64,000 nucleotides of DNA. Origin: Thermoanaerobaculia bacterium. GTDB taxonomy: Bacteria > Acidobacteriota > Thermoanaerobaculia > Multivoradales > Multivoraceae. Where the stretch lies: NCBI GenBank assembly GCA_963664405.1, contig OY761158.1:672001-736000 (forward strand), in the 5' to 3' direction. This document shows positions 40,109-49,491 of the stretch, in pieces. Made by a program: the position numbers and the translations under genes. Within the stretch, counting starts at the first letter, position 1, and the number at the start of each line of letters is the position of its first letter. Below the pieces are notes generated by a model. The model had not been told where the DNA came from. It saw only the letters and a list, made by a program, of their open reading frames with translations, and searched no databases.

Positions 40109-41180
40109 CACTCAGCCTGAGCCCACCAAAGATCCGCTCACGCGCTGACTTTTCCGACTCGAGATCGTGGCGCAAGAAGTAGACATCAGCCATCTTGAGG
40201 AGCACTCGGCTCTCGCGACCAGGTTGTGAGGCCAACAGCAGGTACAACTCTTCAGCCAGGTCGAGATCACGGGCGAGAAAGGCTTCGTCGGCGGCGCGCT
40301 CTAGGCGATCCAAGTTCTCGGCACTGTGATCGTCAAGGCTGGCTGGTGGGTTCCGGAGCAGAAGGCGCGCCTCGACCAAGACCCCCTCGCGCTCTTCGTT
40401 CGTCAACGGTTCCCAAGCGGCGGCGTAGTACTCCACAAAAAAGCGTCGCCGACCCGGGGCTACGAAGGGCTCGAGGAGGACCTCGGGATCGGTGGCGATA
40501 ACCAGATCATCAACGAAGAACTGCACCTCCTCCTGGTCTTCGAGATCACCGATGAACGAGTAATACGCCACCGACGAGCGGTCGGCATCGGCGGTATTTC
40601 GCTGCCGCCGCAGGTCGATGACAGGCGCCTCTTCACCCTCCTCGTAGAGCGCGAGATCGTAGCTCCCGGCAGTGACGTCGTACACCAAATCGACGAAGTA
40701 CCAACTAAAGGGTCGCGGCGCGACCAAAGGCTGCCACTCGCCACCGGGGCGATGCTGCAGAGTCCCTCCGTTCGTCGTCAGCCAGAAAGCATGCCCGTCT
40801 TTGCCGAAGTGCAGAAACCATCGCGGCCCCGCCAGCGCAAAGTTGAAAGTCTCATTCGGATCCGCGAAGAGGATGTAGAACTGCACATAGACGAGACCTT
40901 CCCGACGTTCCTGAAAGAAGCCGAGGAACTCCGAGAAAGAGCCGTCGCCCTGCCCCTCACGAAGACGCAGCGATTGCGTGCCGCTGCGATGAAAGGCATA
41001 GCTGAGATCAACGCCGCCACCCGGCTGCTCGAACAGACGAAAAGTGTCGGGACCACTCGGCTCAGTGGTCTCGAAATCGTAGTACACGAGGAGAGGGCTG
41101 TTCGATTGCGCCGCGGCCGCCGCGGCCGCTAGGAGAGTGGCCACTGCGAGGAGGAGGTGTGAAGCCGGCGTTCTCTTCAT
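40086..41180 (-). CDS. Hypothetical secreted protein (possible ConA-like beta-sandwich plus a helical/TPR-like tail)
   Basis: Signal peptide; YDFE...SGTQSL...FFVDDLVI pattern; helical C-terminus. Confidence 0.65.
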   Translation of the reverse strand: MKRTPASHLLLAVATLLAAAAAAAQSNSPLLVYYDFETTEPSGPDTFRLFEQPGGGVDLSYAFHRSGTQSLRLREGQGDGSFSEFLGFFQERREGLVYVQFYILFADPNETFNFALAGPRWFLHFGKDGHAFWLTTNGGTLQHRPGGEWQPLVAPRPFSWYFVDLVYDVTAGSYDLALYEEGEEAPVIDLRRQRNTADADRSSVAYYSFIGDLEDQEEVQFFVDDLVIATDPEVLLEPFVAPGRRRFFVEYYAAAWEPLTNEEREGVLVEARLLLRNPPASLDDHSAENLDRLERAADEAFLARDLDLAEELYLLLASQPGRESRVLLKMADVYFLRHDLESEKSARERIFGGLRLSEAVSSKQ

Positions 41181-41203
41181 GTTCAGCGAAGAAAGTGATC
41201 ACT

Positions 41204-41379
41204 AAGAAGTAAACAGTAAACAGTCCGGAGGTTGGCAGTGGGTGGCTGGGCCGCGAGGTGAGTGGTCCGCGCTGCGCCAACGCAGAGAAGGCCGTGAGTC
41301 CAAGAAGGTCGATTCCCGAAGCTGACGATCTCCTCCTACGATTCCTCTCTTACTGCTTACTGCTTACTGCTTACTTCTT
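41204..41379. repeat. Inverted heptad arrays: AAGAAG(TAAACAG)2 ... (TTACTGC)3TTACTTCTT
   Basis: Read directly at 41204-41224 and 41350-41379. Confidence 0.88.
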
Positions 41380-42128
41380 CAATCCGGCCCCTCATAAGCA
41401 ATAACCACAGCAGCCTCCTTCCCCGACTCGGCAACGGTAAGGTTGAGAGTGTGCTCCTCAGTGCGGCCGCTGATCGTCGTGAACGAACCTCCGCCTCCCT
41501 CATGAGTGTTACGGCTCGCCTCGAGATTCAGATCCTCCATCAGCTCTTCGTAGAAGGTCAGAACCTCGGCACCGTCGCCCTCGACCTTGAAGGTGAAAGT
41601 GCCGCTCCTGCGCTCATTCGTGACACTGGAGAAGCCCGCATGGTCGGTGACCGGTCCCGGAAACGGGGGAAGCCAGGAAGGCAGCTCGACCGCGTCACCG
41701 GTGGCACCGAAGGTCGTCTTCTTGCCATCGCGCGACGTCATCTGGACCAGAGCCTCGCTACCGTCTAAGGCGTTGGAAGCGTCGATAGAAAGGACCTCTC
41801 CGTCTTCCCCTTCGAACGAAAAGCGGCCCTCCTGTATGTCTTCGTAGTTGAAAGTGGTGACTTTCCCAGTGGACTTCTCACGCACGGTGATCGTGCCGGC
41901 TTCGCGATCGCTGTCGATCGTCTCGAGCTCAGGATTGAGCCTGACGAAAGTCTCAGCAGCGACCGCAGCCGGGTTGTCACGAACCTCTTCGATGACGTCC
42001 TTGGCCTTTCGAGCGAGGAACAAGCCGCCAACGGCCACGACTCCCATAACGAGTACAAGCAAGACTCCGCAGCCAATTCCCACCCAGGCCAGCGGATGTA
42101 GTTTCTTCTTCGTCGATGTGTCTTCCAT
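41379..42128 (-). CDS. Hypothetical single-pass membrane protein
   Basis: KKK followed by a hydrophobic helix (WVGIGCG...), then a soluble domain with LPSWLP; RBS-like GGGGG upstream. Confidence 0.75.
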   Translation of the reverse strand: MEDTSTKKKLHPLAWVGIGCGVLLVLVMGVVAVGGLFLARKAKDVIEEVRDNPAAVAAETFVRLNPELETIDSDREAGTITVREKSTGKVTTFNYEDIQEGRFSFEGEDGEVLSIDASNALDGSEALVQMTSRDGKKTTFGATGDAVELPSWLPPFPGPVTDHAGFSSVTNERRSGTFTFKVEGDGAEVLTFYEELMEDLNLEASRNTHEGGGGSFTTISGRTEEHTLNLTVAESGKEAAVVIAYEGPD

Positions 42129-42157
42129 TTCGCAGCCCCCTTTGTTGTTCAGGCATC

Positions 42158-42727
42158 TTAGCGTTGCTTAGTTCCCACGACCTCCCGTGCCTTCTTCGCC
42201 ATCCGCAACAAACTCCCCTCTCCAGACACCTTCTCCAGTTCCCGCAATGCGAACCAGCGCAAGTCCTTGGACTCAGCGCTGATCCTTAGTGGCTCGCCAG
42301 AGTCGGCAGTGAAGAGATAACGAAGGTCGTGGTGAAGGTGGGCCGGCTCACCCCGGTAGGGCGGGATGAGATGAACATCGACATCGAATGGAAGTAAGTC
42401 CACCCCGCTTGGAAACGGCTCGAGAGATGACAACCCTGACTCCTCCTCGGCCTCTCGACGCGCCACCCGTGCCGGATCGGGATCACCATCGGCATGGCCA
42501 CCGAGCTGGAGCCAAGTCTCAAGTTTGCGATGATGGGTGAGTAAGACCTGGCGATAGTCCCGTGATGTGATCCAGGCCGAGGCGGTGATGTGTCCCTCGG
42601 TGCAGCTGCGCTCGAAGCACTTCGAGTGCGTCCGGACGAACTGCCGGATGTGATCTGCCCGAACACGATCCTCGGGGAACCTCTCGAGGTAGACCTCAAG
42701 AATGGCTAGAAGCGGCTCCCGATGCAC
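42158..42727 (-). CDS. NUDIX hydrolase
   Basis: GHITAS, WLQLGGHADG...ARREAEEESGL and HHDLRY motifs. Confidence 0.93.
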   Translation of the reverse strand: MHREPLLAILEVYLERFPEDRVRADHIRQFVRTHSKCFERSCTEGHITASAWITSRDYRQVLLTHHRKLETWLQLGGHADGDPDPARVARREAEEESGLSSLEPFPSGVDLLPFDVDVHLIPPYRGEPAHLHHDLRYLFTADSGEPLRISAESKDLRWFALRELEKVSGEGSLLRMAKKAREVVGTKQR

Positions 42728-42739
42728 CAGCTCGGTCCC

Positions 42740-43594
42740 TCAGCAGTCGTAGTACTCGTCGCCGGCGGCGCGCCAGTCGATTGTCGCTAGGACCAGCACT
42801 GGAGTGAGGATGAGCAAGACTCCCGTCACCGCCAGCACTGCCGAGAGCAGGCGACGCTTGCCTCTCTCCCGCCCCGCTGCCAAGGCCACCGCACTACCTA
42901 GAGGACTGATGGCCAGCGCCAGCGCCCGGAGAGCTGTCAGCTCAGCGTAATAGGCGCCATTGAGAAGAAAAGCAGCGAGCAGGACTACCAGTACCGGCAA
43001 AGCCACAAGCCGAGGCGTCGCGTCCGCGGAGCCCGAGAAAGCGAGCAACACCAGAAGGGCGCTTACCAGAGCAAAGCTCAACTGCGCGAAAAGGGCCGTG
43101 CCGGAAAGACCCAGAACGACACCGGTCCCGGCAACCGCCGTGATCCAACCCAGCAACGACGAGCTCGAGTCCAGACGCGAGGCCACGCGGGCGCAGCCTT
43201 CCCACAACAGCAGAAGAAGTGCCCCGAGGCTGCCGAGCCAGAGCACAGCCTCCACAGGCTCCCACTGGTAGCGGACAACCGGGCGCAGCGTCAGCCAGAG
43301 AAGCAACGCGACCGAGATCGCCCGTGTCGCCATCCGCTGTGCCAAACCGGCTCCGGCCCGTAGGCCGAGGCTGCCGAGCACGATAGCGAACAAAACGACG
43401 AATACGAGCGCTTGCGTGCTGTCGACTGGAGGGAGTCGTGGCGGCCCGTGGATCCCTAGCTGTGCGGCAAGGTAGGCGCAGCCGACGGCAAAGAGGGCAG
43501 CGCCACCGCCAACTTCCCTACTCGGCGACAGCCTGCGCAGGGCAAAGACGATCGCGCCGCACACCCCCGCGGGCACCAAGACCGTCCAGACCAA
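42740..43594 (-). CDS. Hypothetical polytopic membrane protein
   Basis: About nine hydrophobic segments; co-oriented between yceI and the NUDIX gene. Confidence 0.7.
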   Translation of the reverse strand: MVWTVLVPAGVCGAIVFALRRLSPSREVGGGAALFAVGCAYLAAQLGIHGPPRLPPVDSTQALVFVVLFAIVLGSLGLRAGAGLAQRMATRAISVALLLWLTLRPVVRYQWEPVEAVLWLGSLGALLLLLWEGCARVASRLDSSSSLLGWITAVAGTGVVLGLSGTALFAQLSFALVSALLVLLAFSGSADATPRLVALPVLVVLLAAFLLNGAYYAELTALRALALAISPLGSAVALAAGRERGKRRLLSAVLAVTGVLLILTPVLVLATIDWRAAGDEYYDC

Positions 43595-43632
43595 GAGCTG
43601 TGCGAGCAGCGACCTACTCCGCGGCCCGCCCG

Positions 43633-44229
43633 CTACTGCTCGATCGCTTGGATCGCCAGGTGGATGTCGATGTCCTCGCTGAGGGGCCCCGACATGAACT
43701 TCATCCCGAAATCGCTTCGCTGAATGACGAAGGTGGTGTCGAATCCGACCATCGTTTTTCCGCTCCGCCGATCTTTGCCGGTACCCACGTGCTCGACCTC
43801 GGCGATGACCTCCTTGGTTACACCCAGGAGAGTCAGATCACCACGTACTTCGTACACATTGCCGCCCTTCCCCTTTAGGCTCGTGGTGGAGAAAGACATC
43901 ACCGGAAGCTGCTTCGCATTGAAGAAGTCCGGACTGCGCAAGTGTGTATCGCGGCGTTCGTTTCCGCTGTCGACACTTTCGGTCCGGACCTCTAACGCCA
44001 GTGACCCGGAGCTGATGTCGTCGCCCGACATCGTCAAAGTGCCGGAGAAGTCGTTGAAACGGCCGTAAACGTAGACGACCCCCATCCTCTTGGCACGAAA
44101 CATGACAAAGGAGTGGGCCTGATCCACTTTGTAGGTCTCGGCAACAGAGGCGCTGGCAAGAAGGGCCCAGCCCAAAAGCAGCGAAAGAATCACAACAACC
44201 CGGTGCATTCTCGGCGAGCTCTTCTTCAT
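43633..44229 (-). CDS. YceI family lipid/polyisoprenoid-binding protein
   Basis: YKVDQAHS, GRF, RDTHLRSPDFF, GDLTLLGVTK and RSDFGM motifs. Confidence 0.93.
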   Translation of the reverse strand: MKKSSPRMHRVVVILSLLLGWALLASASVAETYKVDQAHSFVMFRAKRMGVVYVYGRFNDFSGTLTMSGDDISSGSLALEVRTESVDSGNERRDTHLRSPDFFNAKQLPVMSFSTTSLKGKGGNVYEVRGDLTLLGVTKEVIAEVEHVGTGKDRRSGKTMVGFDTTFVIQRSDFGMKFMSGPLSEDIDIHLAIQAIEQ

Positions 44230-44263
44230 CTCATTGCTCCTCTCATTCAGCGATAGACGCGCA

Positions 44264-45262
44264 TTATTCCACGCGCGGTGAGAATTCATCTCGCGCCGCT
44301 CCATCTCCGCCCGGGTCGAGCGCCGCGGCATCAGCGACAGCCGGTTCAACAGGCCCTAGCGCTGAGCCCAGCCCTCGCCAGTGGCGCATCCTCGCCATGA
44401 TGAGCAGAAAGACCATCCCTGTTGCAGCTCCGGTGGCAGCCATCATCACCGGCGGCATGCCTTCCATGCGCACCAGGGCCGGAGTATTCAGCACCGATTC
44501 GGGAAAAGAGACAGCCAAGGCGCCATAGAGGTTATTGGCCGTATGAGCCCCGATCGCGATCTCGAGGCCGTCGTCAAAGAGGGTGACAGCTCCGAGAACG
44601 AGGCCGACCCATACGTAGTAGAGGATGAATGCCGGGCCGAATTGCTCGACTTCCGGGTTGGCACCGTGAACGATCCCAAAACCGACTGAGGTCAACAAGA
44701 GAGCGGCCCAGCCACGCCGCAAGCCGATCCCGAGTCCCTGCAGAAGGTAAGCGCGAAAGAAAACCTCCTCAGCAGCGCACTGTAGCGGCACCAACAAAAG
44801 GGCGACGACAAGAAGCGGAAAGAAGCTGCGGGCTTCGAAGCTCCAGCTGTAGTGCTCGGGCGCAGCGAAATAGAAAGACAGCTCGAAGACGGCGGCCAGC
44901 CCTCCCCAGAGCAGCGCGGCCACAGCGGCCCGACGCCAGCGCAGCGGACCCTCCCGCACCAGCGTAGTGATGGGTCGGCCGTGTACAACACGGACGACAG
45001 CCGCGACGGCAAGCAGAAGAACCACGGACGGGGAAAGAGCCACCGCGAGGGCGAGCGTGGGGTCAATCGAGCTGAGATCGAGAGCGCCGTCAGCCGGACA
45101 GCCGGCCAAGAGGAACAAGACGAGCCCGGCGACTCCCGAAGCGACGACGTAGGCGGAAACGATGAGAAACGTGCCGACGAGATAAGAGCGGAAACTACTC
45201 CTGCCGCGCCTCGCCGCCCGAAGAAACGAAGGTTGCTGTCCGAGCCCACCGAGTTGGGACAT
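44264..45262 (-). CDS. CPBP (CAAX/Abi) intramembrane glutamic protease
   Basis: QCAAEEVFFRAY, FGIVH and GAHTANN motifs. Confidence 0.9.
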   Translation of the reverse strand: MSQLGGLGQQPSFLRAARRGRSSFRSYLVGTFLIVSAYVVASGVAGLVLFLLAGCPADGALDLSSIDPTLALAVALSPSVVLLLAVAAVVRVVHGRPITTLVREGPLRWRRAAVAALLWGGLAAVFELSFYFAAPEHYSWSFEARSFFPLLVVALLLVPLQCAAEEVFFRAYLLQGLGIGLRRGWAALLLTSVGFGIVHGANPEVEQFGPAFILYYVWVGLVLGAVTLFDDGLEIAIGAHTANNLYGALAVSFPESVLNTPALVRMEGMPPVMMAATGAATGMVFLLIMARMRHWRGLGSALGPVEPAVADAAALDPGGDGAARDEFSPRVE

Positions 45263-45313
45263 AATCAGACCTGTCCCCCCATGCGAGTCGCCGACCGGCG
45301 CGGAGCGAGAGCG

Positions 45314-46159
45314 ATGGGATCCCCCGAAGTCTCTATCGTCATTCCCGTCTTCAACGAGGAAGAAAGTCTACCCCGTCTGGTCGAGGAGATTCAGTCGGTG
45401 ATGAGCGACGCCCCTTGGGCGTGGGAGCTTCTGTTTGTCGACGACGGCAGCACCGACGGTAGTCGCCAACGGCTGATCGAGCTCGCCGGCGCCGAAGAGC
45501 ACATCCGTATCGCCGCGCTGGCAGCGAACAAGGGGCAGTCCTGCGCCTTGGCGGCCGGATTTCGCCTCTGCCGTGGCGAGTTGGTCATCACTCTCGATGC
45601 CGACCTGCAAAACGACCCGGCGGACATTCCTTTATTGCTGGCTTCGCTCGAGAACCTCGCAGCCGTGTCCGGCGTACGGCAACGGCGCCAAGACACCTGG
45701 ATCCGGCGCTGCTCCTCCCGCATCGCCAACGGCGTGCGCCGAGCCGTCCTCCACGACGACATCACCGATGTCGGCTGCTCTCTCAAGGCCTATCGCATCG
45801 AGTACCTTCGGAAAGTCCCTGTCTTCAACGGCTTTCACCGCTTCCTCCCCGCCTTGGTGCAAATGGCGGGCGGCGAAGTGGGAGAGGTCGAAGTCGGGCA
45901 CCGTGCGCGAGTATTCGGAGCCAGCAAATACGGTGTACACAACCGACTGTGGCGAGGCATCGCCGATCTTCTCGCGGTGCATTGGATGGGACGGCGATGG
46001 ATAGAGATCGAGAACGTTCAAGAGCTTCCGCTTAGATCGGAAGAGCTCCCACGTAACGAGCCCGGGGACGGATCAGGCGAGCGCGCCCATAACATCGATG
46101 ACGTGACCGACCCAGCCGACCGTACGGCCGAGCGCAAAGAGAGTATGGAGGACAGATAG
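45314..46159 (+). CDS. GT2 glycosyltransferase (ArnC/DPM-synthase-like)
   Basis: SIVIPVFNEE, VDDGSTD, LDADLQNDP, HRFLP and SKYG motifs. Confidence 0.92.
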   Translation: MGSPEVSIVIPVFNEEESLPRLVEEIQSVMSDAPWAWELLFVDDGSTDGSRQRLIELAGAEEHIRIAALAANKGQSCALAAGFRLCRGELVITLDADLQNDPADIPLLLASLENLAAVSGVRQRRQDTWIRRCSSRIANGVRRAVLHDDITDVGCSLKAYRIEYLRKVPVFNGFHRFLPALVQMAGGEVGEVEVGHRARVFGASKYGVHNRLWRGIADLLAVHWMGRRWIEIENVQELPLRSEELPRNEPGDGSGERAHNIDDVTDPADRTAERKESMEDR

Positions 46160-46208
46160 CCGCTCCAGACTTGACTCATACGTGACGAATACGAGCTATT
46201 GGAAATAC

Positions 46209-46723
46209 CTAGGCATCGCCGTAGTGGAGCTCCATCCTTGTTACCCGCCAGCCGGCAAAGACAAGGACTGCGGCAGATAACAGCAGGAGTCCGAAGAGAG
46301 AAGTCCAGGCTCCCGGTAGCTCGACGAGCACGGCGAAGGGGCCCTCGCCGAGAGGGAAGGGAAGCAAGCCCTTGAGGTAGTGAATGACGCTCAATCGCTT
46401 CAGTTGGGGCGGCAAGAGAAAGTGAATGACCTCCCAGCCCATCACGGCGAAAGCCGGCAGCAGGAGAGTGAGCCAGGCCGTCAGTGCCGATACACCAGCC
46501 ACACTCGGCACGCCAAAGAGCTGGTCTCAGACCGCATCGCGGAGCGAGTCCAGACTGAGAACGTTCCCGATCTCGGTTCGGTAGAGGAGATTCAATGCCT
46601 CCCCCATCCCAGAGAGAACCAGGACCACCCCGAGGAAGAGAATCCGCGCCAGCGGCTTCCATTTGACCCAAGCCGAGAGCAGCAACGCGAGAAAGGAGAG
46701 GACCAGCATCCACGCGCCCTCAC
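46209..46723 (-). pseudogene. Fused remnants of ABC-2 type permease gene(s)
   Basis: LALLLSAWVKWK segment, in-frame TGA at 46527-46529, then a GWE...LKRLSVIHYLKGL...MELHYGD segment; too short for a permease and no ATPase gene. Confidence 0.65.
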
Positions 46724-46781
46724 CGGTCTCCTCTATATACGACGTCGAGGAGCGATTGTGATTAACGCAGGCAAGAAATGG

Positions 46782-47666
46782 TCAGCGCCGGCTCTCCCAC
46801 CAGCTGCGGACCGTGGTCGCGCCGAGGACGAGCGCGCCGCCGAGGACCGCAAAGGTGCCGGGCCGCTCATGATGAATCCACCAAACGAGGAGAACACTGA
46901 GCACCGGTTCGAGAAGGATGAAGAGAGAGGCCTCGAGGGCGCGCACACGCCGGAGAGCCGCAGTGAGAAAAACGTAGCCAAGAGCGATCTGAAAGATGCC
47001 GAGAAACAACACGATCGCCCAGTCTTGCCCGGTCGAGTCCCGAACTGGAATGGCAAGCGGAAAAGCCACCCCAAAAGCCAGGAAGTTCCCGCAAACGACT
47101 GCGGCGGCAGAGGCGCCGACCGGATCGGGATCGGTGAGCTGAATGTGGCGCAAGCCCATCAGAGTGAGCGCCCAGGTGAGGCCGGAGATCGCGGCGAGAA
47201 TGTTGCCGGAGGCCGGGTCCGGGGCGGTCTCGAAGGGAGTGTCCAGTCCGACGAAGAAGGCCGCCGTGCCTGCCGCGAGGACAGCCATGAAGACCAGATC
47301 GGAGCGGTGAGGCCTCTCACGAAGAAAGCGTGGCCCCAGCAGCAGAATATAGAGAGGTGCGCTGGATTGAAGAAGGATGGCGTTGGCCGCGGTCGTCAGC
47401 TTGTTGGCATGCACGAAGAGCAGAAGCGTCGCAGCCTGGGCTGCTCCCACCGCCACCAGCTTGAGCGTCCAGGGTCGGCGCGCTCTCGGCACCATCGCCA
47501 ACAGCGCCAAAGCGCCGACCAAGGATCGCGAGCTCCCCACTTGCCAGCTCGAGAGCTCGGTCGCCTTGATCGCGGCTCCGCCGGTCGAGAAGAGCACCGC
47601 GCCGGCGATGAGGAGGAGATAAGCGGCCCCTGGAGAAGAGAGGCGACGTCTCAGCCGGTGAGGCAA
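46782..47666 (-). CDS. EamA/DMT family transporter
   Basis: Ten hydrophobic segments; TTAANAILLQ and LLEPV motifs. Confidence 0.9.
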   Translation of the reverse strand: MPHRLRRRLSSPGAAYLLLIAGAVLFSTGGAAIKATELSSWQVGSSRSLVGALALLAMVPRARRPWTLKLVAVGAAQAATLLLFVHANKLTTAANAILLQSSAPLYILLLGPRFLRERPHRSDLVFMAVLAAGTAAFFVGLDTPFETAPDPASGNILAAISGLTWALTLMGLRHIQLTDPDPVGASAAAVVCGNFLAFGVAFPLAIPVRDSTGQDWAIVLFLGIFQIALGYVFLTAALRRVRALEASLFILLEPVLSVLLVWWIHHERPGTFAVLGGALVLGATTVRSWWESRR

Positions 47667-47760
47667 GATTCGCCGATCTTAGCCCAGGGCGAAAGGAGGC
47701 GCCTTCTGGGGGCTATAAATGGCAAAATGGGCCGGCCACATGAAGATCGAGAAGACAATC

Positions 47761-49311
47761 ATGAGAGCGAAGCTGCGCGCCCTGATCATCACCTGCCTCG
47801 TGTTGCTCGGAGTGGGACTCCCAGCCATCGCTCGAGCAGAGCTCAAGACCTCGCCTCTTCTGCCTCGTATCGTCAACGGGGTGTCGACGCCGGACTACCC
47901 TACTGCCGCGGCGATTCTCGAGGGCACCTCTAGTGTCCAGTTCTGTAGCGGCGTGCTGGTCGGCTGTCAGACCGTGCTCACTGCCGCCCACTGCGTGTGC
48001 CAACAAGGCGGAGCTGAATGCCAGCCGGGGGGGGCCGCCCTGTCGGACCCCGAAGACGTCAACGTCTTCCTCCCCCACGCAGGTTTCTTCTCAGTTGCAG
48101 ACATTCAGATTCCCGCCGGTTTCGAGTTCGGAGTGCGGGAAGATGTCGCGATGTTGAAGCTGGCCGAACCGGTGACCGGCATTACACCCTCCCGACTCAA
48201 CTCCATCGCCCCCCTGGGCATCGGCGAGAGCGCCGACATCGTCGGCTTCGGGCTCGCCACCGAAGCCCCCTTCGACAATGGGATCAAGCGGGCCGGAGCC
48301 ATCGAAACGAGCTCGTGTACGGTGGTCGGTGCCGACCAGTACATCTGCTGGGAGTTTGACGCCCCTCTCGGAGAGCCAGGCGCAGACACCAACACCTGTT
48401 TTGGTGACTCAGGCGGGCCGCTATTCGACGACTTCGGTAGCGGTGAGGTGGTCGCCGGTCTTGGATCCGGAGGGGTTCGAGCGGACTGCCAACCCGACGA
48501 TCAACCCTTCGATCTCGATATCTTTGCGAATCTCGACTGGATCCTCGCCAATGGCGGCCCCGATCTCGCCGCCGGCCAATGTGGCTCCCTTCCGCCGGTG
48601 GATGGCCCCGCAGCTCTGGCGATCAACGAAAACGGCAACCTCGATTCCGACGAGCTCGATCGGACTTTCGAAGTGCCAGCGGGCACCCACTCCCTTCGCG
48701 TCGGCCTCAACGGCGAAGAGGGCCTACTCTTTAATGACTTCGACCTGACGGTCTCCCAAGGAGCGCCTCCTCCTAGCGGACCCGCCGCGTGCACTTCGAC
48801 CAAGTTCGGGACTTTCGAGTTCTGCGAGATCGACGAACCGGCGGCCGGGACCTGGAACGCGAGGGTCACCAATCTCAACGGCGAAGGGGAATACCAGCTC
48901 ACGATCACGATGCTTCGAGCCATCGACCTGGGACCCTGCATTCCCGACCTGACGACTCTCTGTATCGACGATGAGGAGGGAGACGGGCGCTTCGAGGTAA
49001 CCATCTCCTGGGATACTTCCCAGGCCGGCGGTCAAGCAGGTCAAGGCCGAGTGATCGAGCTCGCCCCGGTCGGCATCGACTTCGGGGGTGCCTTCTGGTT
49101 CTTCGACGAGCGCAACCCGGAGGTCCTGCTCAAGGTGCTCAACGCTTGCTCGGTCAACGGCAATTACTGGGTCTTCTGGTCAGCCGGCACCAACGTCCGA
49201 CTGGTGGTTACCGTCCTCGACCGCAAGACCGGCGAGCAAAGGGTCTACTTCAACCCGGACCGCAATCCGGCCGCGCCGGTGACCGACACCAGCGCCTTCC
49301 TCTGTATCTAG
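47761..49311 (+). CDS. Secreted trypsin-like (S1) serine protease with PPC domain and conserved C-terminal domain
   Basis: RIVNG, LTAAHC, DVAMLKL and GDSGGP motifs; PPC-like DFDL...PAAGTW; C-terminal FWFF..NPEVLLKVLNAC. Confidence 0.9.
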   Translation: MRAKLRALIITCLVLLGVGLPAIARAELKTSPLLPRIVNGVSTPDYPTAAAILEGTSSVQFCSGVLVGCQTVLTAAHCVCQQGGAECQPGGAALSDPEDVNVFLPHAGFFSVADIQIPAGFEFGVREDVAMLKLAEPVTGITPSRLNSIAPLGIGESADIVGFGLATEAPFDNGIKRAGAIETSSCTVVGADQYICWEFDAPLGEPGADTNTCFGDSGGPLFDDFGSGEVVAGLGSGGVRADCQPDDQPFDLDIFANLDWILANGGPDLAAGQCGSLPPVDGPAALAINENGNLDSDELDRTFEVPAGTHSLRVGLNGEEGLLFNDFDLTVSQGAPPPSGPAACTSTKFGTFEFCEIDEPAAGTWNARVTNLNGEGEYQLTITMLRAIDLGPCIPDLTTLCIDDEEGDGRFEVTISWDTSQAGGQAGQGRVIELAPVGIDFGGAFWFFDERNPEVLLKVLNACSVNGNYWVFWSAGTNVRLVVTVLDRKTGEQRVYFNPDRNPAAPVTDTSAFLCI

Positions 49312-49472
49312 TGCCGTGTCTCCGACATGGCTTACAAGATCTCGGCCCCTTTTGCCCGCTGCCGTCGTCACGACTCGTCGACATATTCCCAATATGCCTG
49401 CCTCGTCGCTCCTTGACAGCGAACAAAATGACCTCGAGCTCTTGGCAAGCCATGTCGGAGACACGACACTAG
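49308..49472 (-). mobile_element. MITE-like structured element, 165 bp, with terminal stem type B
   Basis: Inverted ends CTAGTG(C/T)CGTGTCTCCGACATGGCTT; near-identical inverted copy at 56778-56943. Confidence 0.85.
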
Positions 49473-49491
49473 CGCCGTCGGTCCGACCCGT

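Noticed and set aside
39948-41379. Heptad arrays as a CRISPR array
   Set aside because: The 7-bp units are contiguous with no regular spacers, and there are no cas genes.
46527-46529. In-frame TGA as selenocysteine or recoded Trp
   Set aside because: TGA is a normal stop in many genes here, no SECIS-like hairpin is evident, and the locus is otherwise degraded.
46380-47933. 517-aa plus-strand ORF rich in Glu/Arg/Asp
   Set aside because: Antisense of hydrophobic membrane-protein codons (EamA and permease remnant).
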